A DNA stretch of 64,000 bases from a bacterium (GCA_040752695.1 JBFMGO010000003.1:32001-96000), one strand, 5' to 3'; counted from the first letter of the stretch, positions 19,261 to 29,333 are shown. Notes: generated from the sequence alone by a model not told the origin. Numbers and translations: made by a program.

Positions 19261-22056
19261 TCAGGCTCTTATCGGCGCAAGACTTCCCCTCCCTCCCGCC
19301 ATAACCTCATTCAACACCCTGCTGAGTTCTTCAACCTCATAGGGCTTGACAACCATCCCACTGAAGCCATAGGTCTTATATTCGGACATAATCGGATCAT
19401 AGGAATATCCGCTGGATACGATCGCTTTTACCTCCGGGTCGATCTCCAGCATCTTTTGAACAGCCTCTCTTCCTCCCGTCCCGCCAGGTACGGTTAAATC
19501 CAATATAACAACATCAAAGTTCCGGCCTGATTCCCTTTCTTTTCTATAGAGTTCAACGGCTTCATCACCTTCTCTGGCAAGCACAACCTCATATCCGAGA
19601 TAAACGAGCATTTCCCCAACCATGTCTCTGAGGCTCTCCTGATCATCCATGAATAAAATTTTTCCACTGCCTCCGGTAAGGCTCTTTTCCTCAACGATAT
19701 CTTCCACTCCAAAAATTTCCTTCTCGCAGGCAGGAAGGTAGAGATAAAAAGTTGTTCCATCTCCAGACTCTGACTCTGCTGTTATATATCCTTCATGTTT
19801 TTTTACGATTGAGTAACTGATAGCCAGCCCCAGGCCGCTTCCTGTTTTCTTGGTAGTGAAATACGGATCGAATATCCTCGACAGATACTCCTTGGGTATG
19901 CCCATCCCCTGGTCCTTTATGGATACCTTGACGTATTTTCCTTCTTTCAGCGGCAAAATATCCTGGGTCCCCAGAGTGATATTTTCAGCACCCAATCTGA
20001 TCGTCCCTCCCCTGGGCATGGCCTGGCAGGCGTTGATAATCAGGTTATTGATAACCTGACTTATCTGACCCTCATCAATCTCAACCGGCCAGAGGGCATC
20101 TGCCAGAGCAAAATCACACCTTATGTTCGAACCTCTGAGAGAGAAGTTCACTGCCTCCTGCATCAATTCCGCGATGGACGCGATTTTCTTTATCGGAGTT
20201 CCGCCCCTGGAAAAGGTAAGTAATTGATGGGTTAATCCTTTTGTCCGGTAGCACGCTTTTTGGGCATTCCCTAAGGCATGAAAAATAGAGGTTCCCGATT
20301 TTGCATACTTCTCTACAAGGGACAGGTTCCCGATGATTCCAGCCAAGAGATTATTAAAGTCATGAGCGATGCCGCCCGCCAGGACGCTGAGGGATTCGAG
20401 CTTTTGAGCCTTTTGTAATTCTTCTTCAACCCTCCTGCGCTCGGTCGTTTCCTGCTGAAGTCGTTCATTCGCGGATTGTAATTCTGAAGTACGCTCCCTC
20501 ACCAGTTCTTCGAGATGAGAACGGTATTTCCTTAACTCCTCCTCCGAACGCTTGCAGCCGGTGATATCCCTTCCGTATAAATTGGCATAATCAGTACCGG
20601 ATACTGGCGCAATCACGAATGAAAAGACCTTCTTGTCCGAAAAGGTAAATTCCTCGATTATGTTTCGATTGGAATCCATGGCCTCCATAATCATCCGGTA
20701 ACAGGTATCCGGCATCAACTCTCCAATTCCGCTGTTCCATTCAGCGAGCAGCGGCAAGCTGACGCCATTGGCATACAAAACCCTGCCATCCCTGGCAACA
20801 CGCAGTACTGGGAACGGATTTTCCGAAGGGAACCTGGCCAGGTTCTTGATTTTTTCCTCCGCTCTTTTCTGTTCAGTGAATTCTCCCAACCGGCCGGCAA
20901 TAATTTTAATCAGGTGCTGCTCTTCTGTCAGGAATGGCCCCTCATCGCTTTGCGGTCTTTCTTCCCGGTAAAAGACCTCCAGGGTGCCGATTTTGTCACC
21001 ATAGGCCATAATATCAGAGTCTTGCTTCCAGACAGTCTCCTGGAAATCGTCCGATGTAAAGATCCGGTCTTCCAGAATCACCCGACTACAGGCGATTTCC
21101 GGGTACTGCCAGGCAGAAGGAATAATCATGACAATACTCTGGAATATTCCCTCCAGCGAAGCATCCTGCCTGTCCATGAGCCGAGAAATGGCATAAAGAC
21201 AATCAAGCTTCTTGACCCGGTCATCAAGGTCGTACGTCCGTTTTTGCAGCGCCTCCGTCACCCGCTTTTGCTCGAAGGCCATGGTTACATACCAGTGAAC
21301 CACTAACCATAGTGATAGTGTGTAAGCTCCCAGACGAAGCAGATGCCAGGCCCACCATTCTCCATTCCAGAGCATAGAAGGGAAAAACGATAGACTGGCC
21401 AGACCAAAAAACACGCTCAGACAGGCAAATAAGTAAGATTCCATACTACATGAACGGTAAAAATCACGAATAAAATACAATCCTGCAGAGAGAAAAAACA
21501 CGAATGCTGAAAGATTAACCAGGATAGCGGTTGTAGTAAACATGCCCCTATTAAGCATATTAGGCAGATGTTCGGGAAATATGGATGCAAAAATTCCCAA
21601 CAACAGGGATAAGGTAACCGTCAGCCAGATACATTTCTTTTTTTGGGGAATATACCGGTCGTATACAGAGCCGGGCAGCCAGATGAGAGAGGAGAAAAGA
21701 CCACCGCTCAAACCTGCCATACTGCGAAAAAATACAAACATGTTTCCCGGCTGGGAAATCGCGTGGAAAGTGTCGAGAATACCCATACTGATAAATCCCA
21801 GAACAATAAAGACAAATCTTCCCCTGCTCCCGTGCTGTTCTCGCTGAAGCAGCACCAGTGCCATTAAGATGGCCGATAGTGCTCCAAAAATTTCCAGAGC
21901 AGCGTGTAATGCTTCATGTTCCCAGTGCCAATTTTTCAAGAAGGTAATATGCGAGTAATTCAATGTGATACTGATCAACATCAGAACGAGAAACAGAATA
22001 ATGAGTCGCTTTTTTCTCTTATCCTTAGATTCACTTTCCATATTTTTAAGCCTCAA
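19261..22056 (-). CDS. Hybrid sensor histidine kinase (multi-TM MASE3-like input, GAF/PAS-like, HisKA, HATPase, REC)
   Basis: ~7 hydrophobic segments; AGGIAHDFNN, NLIINA, DQGMGI, FDPYFTTK, GSGLGL; receiver ILFMDD..VILDLTVP..VKPY. Confidence 0.93.
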   Translation of the reverse strand: MRLKNMESESKDKRKKRLIILFLVLMLISITLNYSHITFLKNWHWEHEALHAALEIFGALSAILMALVLLQREQHGSRGRFVFIVLGFISMGILDTFHAISQPGNMFVFFRSMAGLSGGLFSSLIWLPGSVYDRYIPQKKKCIWLTVTLSLLLGIFASIFPEHLPNMLNRGMFTTTAILVNLSAFVFFLSAGLYFIRDFYRSCSMESYLFACLSVFFGLASLSFFPSMLWNGEWWAWHLLRLGAYTLSLWLVVHWYVTMAFEQKRVTEALQKRTYDLDDRVKKLDCLYAISRLMDRQDASLEGIFQSIVMIIPSAWQYPEIACSRVILEDRIFTSDDFQETVWKQDSDIMAYGDKIGTLEVFYREERPQSDEGPFLTEEQHLIKIIAGRLGEFTEQKRAEEKIKNLARFPSENPFPVLRVARDGRVLYANGVSLPLLAEWNSGIGELMPDTCYRMIMEAMDSNRNIIEEFTFSDKKVFSFVIAPVSGTDYANLYGRDITGCKRSEEELRKYRSHLEELVRERTSELQSANERLQQETTERRRVEEELQKAQKLESLSVLAGGIAHDFNNLLAGIIGNLSLVEKYAKSGTSIFHALGNAQKACYRTKGLTHQLLTFSRGGTPIKKIASIAELMQEAVNFSLRGSNIRCDFALADALWPVEIDEGQISQVINNLIINACQAMPRGGTIRLGAENITLGTQDILPLKEGKYVKVSIKDQGMGIPKEYLSRIFDPYFTTKKTGSGLGLAISYSIVKKHEGYITAESESGDGTTFYLYLPACEKEIFGVEDIVEEKSLTGGSGKILFMDDQESLRDMVGEMLVYLGYEVVLAREGDEAVELYRKERESGRNFDVVILDLTVPGGTGGREAVQKMLEIDPEVKAIVSSGYSYDPIMSEYKTYGFSGMVVKPYEVEELSRVLNEVMAGGRGSLAPIRA

Positions 22057-22390
22057 GAAATGTTCCTTGCATATATAACTTTAATAAATTACATTTTTTA
22101 TTAAAGTTAAATTTATAGATTTTAACTCTAGCTAATTATAGCAATAACTAACTATGCCATCAACAACAAAAAAGATGCTTTGATCCTCAAAAAGGAATAT
22201 GAGAAATTATCAGAAAGGGAAGTTGATATAATAATATGGTATCATTGCTTATGGGCAGTAGCTGTAGTAAAATTAAAAAATGGATTATTTTACCGTTTTG
22301 CACTTCCATGTGAGGGAAAGACTCTCAGTAAGAAGGTGAAAACCAAAACGCACCAGTTGCCTGCGCCACGGTGTACAAGGAGGGCGGATC

Positions 22391-22687
22391 ATGTCATCGG
22401 AAAAAATGGAACAAGCCTTTCATGATTTCCATGTATCAGTGCAGAACAATGAAATTCTGGAACCCAAAACAACACGCCTGCTTTTTCTTGCCACAGCGAT
22501 GGCACTCGGCTGTTCCCACTGAATCGAACACCTTCTTGGCGTGGCCAGGAAAGAGGGAATAACCGATGATGAAATAAGCGCAGTGCAATCTATCGTGATG
22601 GCAGTCTCTGCCGGCAGGGTTGGTGCGCAGGTCCGGGATGCCCGCATCAAAAACAAAAAGGCGGATAAAGAAGCAAAGGGGTCCTGA
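22391..22687 (+). CDS. AhpD/carboxymuconolactone-decarboxylase-like selenoprotein candidate (CxxU), 98 aa
   Basis: Not in the ORF track. RBS aaggag, then MSSEKMEQAFHDFHVSVQNNEILEPKTTRLLFLATAMALGCSH-TGA(22520)-IEHLLGVARKEGITDDEISAVQSIVMAVSAG...; the CMD-like pattern continues across the TGA, and a SECIS-like hairpin follows. Confidence 0.8.
22531..22552 (+). promoter_or_regulatory. Putative bacterial SECIS stem-loop
   Basis: ttcttggc-GTG-gccaggaa: an 8-bp stem with a GU-containing apical loop starting ~10 nt after the in-frame TGA. Confidence 0.65.
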
Positions 22688-22774
22688 TCCCCTTTTTGCA
22701 GCTACGGCAATAATCGTATGAGCCATGGTCATCATCTTATCAGCCATGGTAAAAAGTATGGAGGCAGAGGTCAT

Positions 22775-23281
22775 ATGTATGTAAAAAGCTATTCCGATTT
22801 GTCATTAAAAATTCCAGAGTGCCATACCGGCAGCCAGCAGTGGGTTGCGAAATTCCGGCTGGATACAGATGTCTCCGAATTATTTCCTTACATCAATGCA
22901 GTCATACGTCAAAGATCGGATTCCCATCCCTTTAAGAACGTTCGATATTTCGATAAGCCGCACTACATTATATTTTTACTGGATGGATACCATTGTGCCC
23001 TCTATCCGGATCGTGCCATAACAGCCCCTTTTCATGACCGTGATGAGGCAGTAGGTTTCATTCAGAAACTGATGGACTTCCTCAATGACCTCTTTGTGAA
23101 AAAGGATTCGATTGAGCCTGATTATACGAAATATCAGCCTCCACCCGTCCTGGAAATTTACAAGCAGCTTCCCAGGACGAATTGCAGGGAATGTGGTTTT
23201 GCGTCCTGCATGGCCTTTGCCGCTGCCTTGAGCAGCGGCCAGACTGATTATAACGCCTGCCCGGCCATGGCGGAGCGGTAA
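22775..23281 (+). CDS. (Fe-S)-binding protein with C-terminal FeS domain (RnfB/CdhE-type Cys motif)
   Basis: IYKQLPRTNCRECGFASCMAFA...CP; N-terminal ECHTG..DVSELFPYINA; start 22775 preceded by gagg. Confidence 0.8.
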   Translation: MYVKSYSDLSLKIPECHTGSQQWVAKFRLDTDVSELFPYINAVIRQRSDSHPFKNVRYFDKPHYIIFLLDGYHCALYPDRAITAPFHDRDEAVGFIQKLMDFLNDLFVKKDSIEPDYTKYQPPPVLEIYKQLPRTNCRECGFASCMAFAAALSSGQTDYNACPAMAER

Positions 23282-23373
23282 GATTGAACAATAACTTATC
23301 TGTGATAATTAGCAACCGACCTCCTTTTTGCACTTCGATTAGTGAGCATGCAACCGGCCAGGCCGGATGCGGC

Positions 23374-24114
23374 TTATCGCACCAGGATGGCAGTGATATT
23401 CAAGATATATTTTTCGGGGCTGAGGGATGGGGGGCGATCGATTTTTAACCTCTTTTCGCAATAACCGGCTAAATCCGAAAAGAGCTGAAGGCGTACAGGG
23501 ATGGACAACTCCTCCCTCCGCAGGCAGATCGTAATCAGTGTTTCCCGCTCCTCCAGGTTTATTTGACTTCGAATCTTCCCGGCAAGATAAGGATCATCCA
23601 GAAAGCTGTTGTACCTTTGGGATTCGGGCAAAATGACTTCCGGCCTTGGCCTTTTTTCCTCTTTGATGACCAGGGTGCCTGCGGCCAGGTCTCCCAGGCG
23701 CTGAAGCTGGGGAGAAAGAAACGAACTGACAAAAGCGACCAGATAGAAAACAGGCATGCTGTCGATAATGCGCAAAAGGTTTCTGATCATGCTTTGAAAC
23801 AGGGTAATCTTCGACCCATTGTTCTGGATAACCCGAAGATGGAAGAGCTTTTTCCCTGGTGACTGTCCGCCGGTTTTCCATTCCCAAAAAACAAAGTATC
23901 CCCAATTTATGAGAAAGAAGGCAGCCAGGGCCAAAGCGGAAGAGACTCCCTGACCGATGGGAATCAGCACATTCGCCAGGTAGCTGACAGCCAGGATAAG
24001 GGTGGCGATGAATAACAGGTCGATGATCCAGGAAAGTAGCCTGCTGCCATAGCCGGCAATGAGAAAGGAGAAGTCGACATTTTCCGGTGTCGTGATGGTA
24101 TACAGGTTATTCAC
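23374..24114 (-). CDS. RDD family membrane protein
   Basis: ITTPENV...AGYGSRLLSWIID, GQSPGKK..LRV, RNLLRIID, QRLGDLAAGTLVI. Confidence 0.9.
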   Translation of the reverse strand: MNNLYTITTPENVDFSFLIAGYGSRLLSWIIDLLFIATLILAVSYLANVLIPIGQGVSSALALAAFFLINWGYFVFWEWKTGGQSPGKKLFHLRVIQNNGSKITLFQSMIRNLLRIIDSMPVFYLVAFVSSFLSPQLQRLGDLAAGTLVIKEEKRPRPEVILPESQRYNSFLDDPYLAGKIRSQINLEERETLITICLRREELSIPVRLQLFSDLAGYCEKRLKIDRPPSLSPEKYILNITAILVR

Positions 24115-24163
24115 GGGGATATGTCCTTTCTGCTGTTCACGCTATTCACGGGCTTCTTCCCCT

Positions 24164-25135
24164 TTAGAACCGGTAAAAACACAAATAATAAAAGAGGATC
24201 AGGCCAATAGCCAGAGCAAAGAGCAGTTTCATTGAATAGGGGATGTATGGTTCGTGAATCTGGCTGACGGTTCCTTCGATCATTCCGGCTGTGATAAAGA
24301 GGGGAATTAAACCGAGAATCAACTTGACCGCGCACCCTGCCTCCCTCCACAGGGCCAGCCTCCACGAAGATCTGCCTGGTGCCAGAAGTCCTCTGGCCAG
24401 AATAAGTCCGGCTCCACCGGCAATAGCCATGCAGGTAATTTCTATTACTCCATGAGGCAGTATCCAGGCCCAGAAAAAGAGAGAGACGCCGTCGATGGAA
24501 TAGGCAGCGGCCAGGGAGCCGATCATCAGGCCATTGAGAAACAGGATGACCAAAGTGCCCAGACCGCAGGTGATTCCCAGAGCGAAAGCCATGAACGACA
24601 CCTCCAGGTTGTGGGTGAAAAGGAAGCTGGAGAAAGCGGCACTCTGATCAGCCTCAGGGATTTGTTTTCTCTCTTCGATATCTCTCACCCGCTGGCCGGG
24701 GACGATCTCCTGATGCTGTCTGGGAATGAGGTATACGCTGGCGGACGGGTCCAGAAGCAGGGCACTGAATCCGAATAAAAATCCGATCAACAGGGTAAGA
24801 AGAGCCAGGCAAACCATTGACCAGTTTTTTCTGACCAGATTGGGGAAAGTCTCCAGATAGAAAAGAACGATATCCCGGAAACGAAAAGTGCTGCCCTCAT
24901 GGATATGTCCGTAAGATCTGGCTACCAGACTATTGAGGTAGTGGAGGATCTCGTAATTGGCCGTAATATGGCGCGCCTGAATCAGATCCGAGGAAGTAGA
25001 CCGGTACAGGCGGCCAAAATGCCGGGCTTCATCGAGAGTTAAAGAGGAGATCCCGGCCCGCTCGATCTTGAGAAGCATTCTCTCCAGTTCCTCCCACCTG
25101 GTCTTACGCTCCTGAATGAAACGGTTCAGGTCCAT
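24164..25135 (-). CDS. SpoIIM/DUF95 family integral membrane protein
   Basis: WEELE, LYR.TSSDL, YLNSLVAR, HNLEV.F.AFALG, NGLMIG, WILPHGVIEI, AGMIEG. Confidence 0.9.
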   Translation of the reverse strand: MDLNRFIQERKTRWEELERMLLKIERAGISSLTLDEARHFGRLYRSTSSDLIQARHITANYEILHYLNSLVARSYGHIHEGSTFRFRDIVLFYLETFPNLVRKNWSMVCLALLTLLIGFLFGFSALLLDPSASVYLIPRQHQEIVPGQRVRDIEERKQIPEADQSAAFSSFLFTHNLEVSFMAFALGITCGLGTLVILFLNGLMIGSLAAAYSIDGVSLFFWAWILPHGVIEITCMAIAGGAGLILARGLLAPGRSSWRLALWREAGCAVKLILGLIPLFITAGMIEGTVSQIHEPYIPYSMKLLFALAIGLILFYYLCFYRF

Positions 25136-25355
25136 TGTTTTCTCCCTAACTGGTTCAATCCTATTGACTTCAAGCACCCCATTGACTTCTCCTTAGAGTG
25201 GTTTCAGTGCCGTTGTTTTTTTCCTCGAACTCCCGAGCAGCATCTTCCTATAACATTCCTTTTTTCTTGAAGCATTTTCCTACTCTGCCGACAATTTATG
25301 TAGTTCCTGAGCAGTTTCATTTACTATAGCATTCCTTTTTTCTTGAAGCATTTTC

Positions 25356-26669
25356 CTACAGCATTCCTTTTCTCTTGATTTCCAGGTACCGGCTCACCGT
25401 GGCTGCGGACAGATCCTCAGGCAGGGCTTCCAGCACCTGAATTCCTTCCCTCTGCAGGTATTGGAGGAGGACTTTGCGTTCATTCAGTGCTTCGCTGGCA
25501 GCCAGGATGCAGTACAGATCGGAAACATCCCTGGGGTATTTTTCCTGAAGTGCCACCACCTCACAGTCGCGAATGGTCACGATCAGAGGCAGGTGTCTGG
25601 TACGCAGGATTCTGATCCCATCGAGCAGCCCCTGGCAGTTTTCATGATCCAGAAAGTCGGTAAATATGACCATGAGAGAGCGCCTTTCCTTTTTGAGTAA
25701 AAACTGGCGGAAGAACTCGCGGTAATCGACAAACGTGGAACTGGGATTAACCCCGTTCAGTCGCCTCAGGCAATAGCCAAACTGGGCCTTTCCTTTTTTG
25801 GCGGGCAGGAAAATATCCAGACCGCTGCTGAATGCGGCCATACCCACCCGGTCGTCCTGCCGAATGGCCAGGTGAGCCAGAATAAGGGCGGCCTTCAGTG
25901 CGCAATCGAACTTCGACCCATCAAAGATGCGGGTAGCCATCATCCTGCCGGCATCAAGGCACAGATAAATGGTCTGGCTGCGCTCGGTTTCGTGGACCCT
26001 GGTAATGGGCTTTTGCTTTCTGGCCGTAGCCTTCCAGTCTATATCCCGGAAAGGATCATCCGGCAGGTATTCTCTCAGCTTCTGGAACTCGCGGCCTTCC
26101 CCTTCCCTGCGCAAAAGATGAAGTCCTTCATTGGCGAAAGAGTGGGGGTAGCGGGCGAGCAATCGAAACCTTCTTAAGTCCTGGAGCACGGGGTAGGCGG
26201 TGATTTTGGTCCTGCTCTCTTTTTTCCCCTGATAGAAGGAAAGTCCCAAGGGGCCGATCAGCCGGAAATGGATATCTCCGAATTCGTAATTCCCTCTCTG
26301 GCCGGGATAGACCCGGTAGCGGATACGCTCATGCCGGAAAGGAGGGAGGGAGATCTGCAGGTCCTGAAAATCGGTTCCGCATGCGGGGGGAAAATCGTCA
26401 CGCACCTGAAGCCGAAGTGTGCGCTGGCTGCGGTTTTCAATATGCAGGGCCACCACATTCGGCTGGCCGAGGGTAAGTGTATGAGGAAGATCGCGCGAGA
26501 GGTTGTACCCTTTGCGGGATCTGGCCATCAGATAGTCAATCAGGCCGAGAAAGATAATCAGAAAATCGTAAAGAGCGATGGCCGGGACCAGACTGGGACG
26601 AAACCCTGCAAAAAGAAGCGGAATGAGGCCAATACTCAGGAAAAGCAAGGTCCTTGGAGTAGGCAGCAT
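25356..26669 (-). CDS. DUF58 / VWA-like protein (MoxR partner)
   Basis: GEGREFQKLREYLPDDPFRDIDWKATAR, LDAGRMM, DRVG, VIFTD. Confidence 0.92.
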   Translation of the reverse strand: MLPTPRTLLFLSIGLIPLLFAGFRPSLVPAIALYDFLIIFLGLIDYLMARSRKGYNLSRDLPHTLTLGQPNVVALHIENRSQRTLRLQVRDDFPPACGTDFQDLQISLPPFRHERIRYRVYPGQRGNYEFGDIHFRLIGPLGLSFYQGKKESRTKITAYPVLQDLRRFRLLARYPHSFANEGLHLLRREGEGREFQKLREYLPDDPFRDIDWKATARKQKPITRVHETERSQTIYLCLDAGRMMATRIFDGSKFDCALKAALILAHLAIRQDDRVGMAAFSSGLDIFLPAKKGKAQFGYCLRRLNGVNPSSTFVDYREFFRQFLLKKERRSLMVIFTDFLDHENCQGLLDGIRILRTRHLPLIVTIRDCEVVALQEKYPRDVSDLYCILAASEALNERKVLLQYLQREGIQVLEALPEDLSAATVSRYLEIKRKGML

Positions 26670-26787
26670 ACTTAACTGTACACCTCTTATCTGTAAACCC
26701 GCTTAATAAGCGGGTTCATAAGTCCCTGGTAAAATTTATCAGGGACTTTATCAGGGACTTGAATTGATTTTGAAAAAATTCTCCCTT

Positions 26788-27729
26788 TCATATCTCGCAT
26801 TCCTTCTCTTCTTTTTCTACTATCATCAAATTACTCTCTTCCTCAAATATCTCCATAGCGGCCCGCTCGGCCTCCCCAATGCTGTGCAGATAAATCTCCG
26901 TCGTCCTTGGGCTCTCATGGCCTATAGTGATTTGCAGTCGTATGTACTACACGTAATCTGCTGTCGTTGCTGGTTCAGTGGCAGTGATTGTAGTCCGCTT
27001 AAGTGAAAACCGCTATAAGATCCGCTGAATGGCTCCTATACTTACCTTGCTGCTGTTGCCCATGATTGAGGCCCTCAAGTGCCGGAGAGCATGAAACCCA
27101 AATTCTTTTACTTCTGCCTCCCGGCAAAGAACTTTCATAATTCTCCACCTGCGATTGTATGGACCGCGTTTCTTCTCCCCTGTTCGATCCCAGTACTCGT
27201 GCCAGAATATCCAGGGCATGGTTTTGTCTCGTTCCTTCCATTTACGAAGAAGGATCTCATACAGCCTTTTTGTAAAAGGAGGCTTTTGTTTTTCCCCCAA
27301 TTGTAAAGTGCTCTCAGGTGGGTAATTTCCCTATTGCCAGCATGGATGCTTACCGCTTTTGCTCGTTCCTGGACATATTGGCTTATCTCAACCTGGGTAA
27401 CTTTATCAGCAGGCAGATCATGCCATCGTGCTACCCATCTGCGGGCCATATATCGAATTTGCTGGAAGTGTTTTTCGGCGCACCAGACCTGCAAAATAGG
27501 CAAGCCGCCTGTTCACAAGCTCAAAGAAGGTTAAAGAGGTCTTTTCGGTAATCTGGGGGGTCGTCAGTTCCGCCCGTTTTTTGTCCTCTGCTTCTTTGGC
27601 TTCGGTCTTGGTTTTGAAGTCTGGACTTTGGTACCTTTTCCCTTTTAGCTGGAAGTCGTACCTCCAGACCTTTACCTTTTTTACCTGCCCCTTTATTTTC
27701 TTTTTGATCTGAATGGGAAATACGGTCAT
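26788..27729 (-). pseudogene. Tyrosine recombinase/integrase pseudogene (frameshifts, internal deletion, insertion)
   Basis: Fragments in different frames: VWRYDFQLKGKRYQS..FKTKTEAKEAE, AGNREITHLRALYNWG, FGFHALRH..ASIM..IQRIL and GHESPRTTEIYLH. Confidence 0.85.
26925..27015. mobile_element. 91-bp MITE-like insertion with TA target duplication
   Basis: Ends tagtgatttgca / tgaaaaccgcta form imperfect inverted repeats flanked by TA; removing it restores the integrase codons R-I-L-G-H. Confidence 0.7.
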
Positions 27730-27814
27730 ACAGCTCTTTCTTGTAAGGATTTTAGGTGTTATCTGAATTTTTTGAGCTATATTATCCATATCTATCTAAT
27801 TTGTCAAATCAACT

Positions 27815-28027
27815 GACGCGCCTTCTGGCCGTGCTTCCTACAGGCTGCGGGAAAAGACCATTATCTTTTCCGAATTAGCCCGTAGATCGAGGCGTAAGAC
27901 CTTGATCCTGGCGCACAGGGACGAACTGATTCGCCAGGCTGCGGATAAGGTCCGGATGGTTTGGCCGGACGCGGTCGTGGGCATGGTGAGGGGACGAGAG
28001 AATGATTTTCACCTAAAGAAGGTGGTC
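27815..28027 (+). pseudogene. DEAD/DEAH (ResIII-like) helicase N-terminal fragment
   Basis: LAVLPTGCGK, then a frameshift, then TIIFSELA..KTLILAHRDELIRQAADK. Confidence 0.7.
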
Positions 28028-28345
28028 TGCGCTGTGGAGCCGGTCATTGGCATCATCAAGGAAGTGTTAGGCTTCCGGCAGTTTTCCCTGCGAGGCCTGG
28101 TGGCAGTCTCAGGTGAGTGGTGCCTGGTATGTTTAGCCTATAACCTCAAGCGGTTGCATGTGCTGATCTATAAAACTACGGCTTGTTGCTATGCACTTCT
28201 AAGCGGGAAAAGGGTGGTTTATTTTGCTCCAAAATCGCCTTTGCTTATAAAAGTTGCATCACTGATACCAGTATCACTATGGGCAAAAATCACGTATTGG
28301 GTCTGCGCAGAGATGAATATCATTCCCTCTCCGACAGCCTCCTAG
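28028..28345 (+). mobile_element. IS1182-family transposase C-terminal remnant with probable right end
   Basis: VEPVIGIIKEVLGFRQFSLRGL..VSGEWCLVCLAYNLKRL; ends in tccgacagcctcctag. Confidence 0.75.
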
Positions 28346-28370
28346 GAGAAGATAATGGTAAATAGCATAC

Positions 28371-29333
28371 TTAACGGGGCACCTCTATGCTCTGGATGAT
28401 TCGCGTAAGAATGTCCTCAACGGATACGCCTTCCATCTCCACCTCAGGCCCGAGCACCAGCCTGTGGCGGAGAACCGGATACAGCATGGACTGAATGTCA
28501 TCCGGAGTGACAAAGGTGCGATCCGACAGGAGGGCCTTTCCCTTGGCTGCCAAAAGCAGGGCGATTGAAGCCCGGGGCCCTGCGCCGAAAAGGAATTCTG
28601 CATGATTTCGCGTGGCCCTCACCAGGTCCCTGATATAATGGATCAGGGAATATTCAATCGTGATCCGGTTCAGGGCATCTTTCGCCAGCTCGAAGTCTTC
28701 CAGCCTGAGCCTTGGTCTGATCAGGTTCTCCACCTGCTCGGGGCGAAAGCCCTGGTGATATTTCACGAGTATGGCAGATTCGGATTCCGGATCGGGATAA
28801 TCGATTTTGACTTTGAAAAAAAACCGGTCCAATTGTGCTTCAGGAAGCGGGTAGGTACCCTCGAATTCAATCGGGTTCTGGGTGGCGAAAACCGTAAAGA
28901 AAGGCGAGAGCGGATAGGTGGTTCCATCGATAGAAACCTTTTTTTCTTCCATAGCTTCCAAAAGCGCGGCCTGGGTTTTGGCAGGAGCCCGGTTGATTTC
29001 ATCGGCCAGGAGAAAGTCGGTAAAAATCGGCCCCCGTGAAAAATAAAACTGATTGGATCTCAGGTCAAAAATATTATTACCAGTAATATCCGAAGGCATA
29101 AGATCAGGAGTAAACTGAATGCGTTTGAAACTGCCCTGAATGATTCTGGCCAGGATTCTGACCATCAGGGTCTTGGCTGTACCGGGTACCCCTTCAAGCA
29201 GCATGTTCCCCCGGCAAAGAAGGCAGATGAGTATCTGATCCAGTATTTCTCTTTGCCCGATGATAACCTTGGACATCTCCCCCTCAATGGCCTGTTTAAG
29301 ACTGGCCATGTGACTGACGATGTGCTCTTCCAT
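28371..29333 (-). CDS. moxR: MoxR family AAA+ ATPase
   Basis: LLEGVPGTAKT, RIQFTPDLMPSD, LLADEINRAPAKTQAALLEAMEE, ATQNPIEFEGTYPLPEAQLDRF. Confidence 0.96.
   Translation of the reverse strand: MEEHIVSHMASLKQAIEGEMSKVIIGQREILDQILICLLCRGNMLLEGVPGTAKTLMVRILARIIQGSFKRIQFTPDLMPSDITGNNIFDLRSNQFYFSRGPIFTDFLLADEINRAPAKTQAALLEAMEEKKVSIDGTTYPLSPFFTVFATQNPIEFEGTYPLPEAQLDRFFFKVKIDYPDPESESAILVKYHQGFRPEQVENLIRPRLRLEDFELAKDALNRITIEYSLIHYIRDLVRATRNHAEFLFGAGPRASIALLLAAKGKALLSDRTFVTPDDIQSMLYPVLRHRLVLGPEVEMEGVSVEDILTRIIQSIEVPR

Larger units (their letters stand above)
26665..28386. mobile_element. Decayed integrative element bounded by att-like direct repeats, inserted at the moxR/DUF58 junction
   Basis: agcatacttaac-N4-cacctct at 26665-26687 and 28364-28386; the interior holds integrase, helicase and IS fragments. 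Confidence 0.75.

Noticed and set aside
22180..22774. Short track ORFs around 22.2-22.8 kb
   Set aside because: The TGA-containing CMD-like gene at 22391-22687 explains the region better.
27902..28345. 147-aa ORF as a real protein
   Set aside because: It is a chimera of a helicase fragment and an IS1182 transposase tail.
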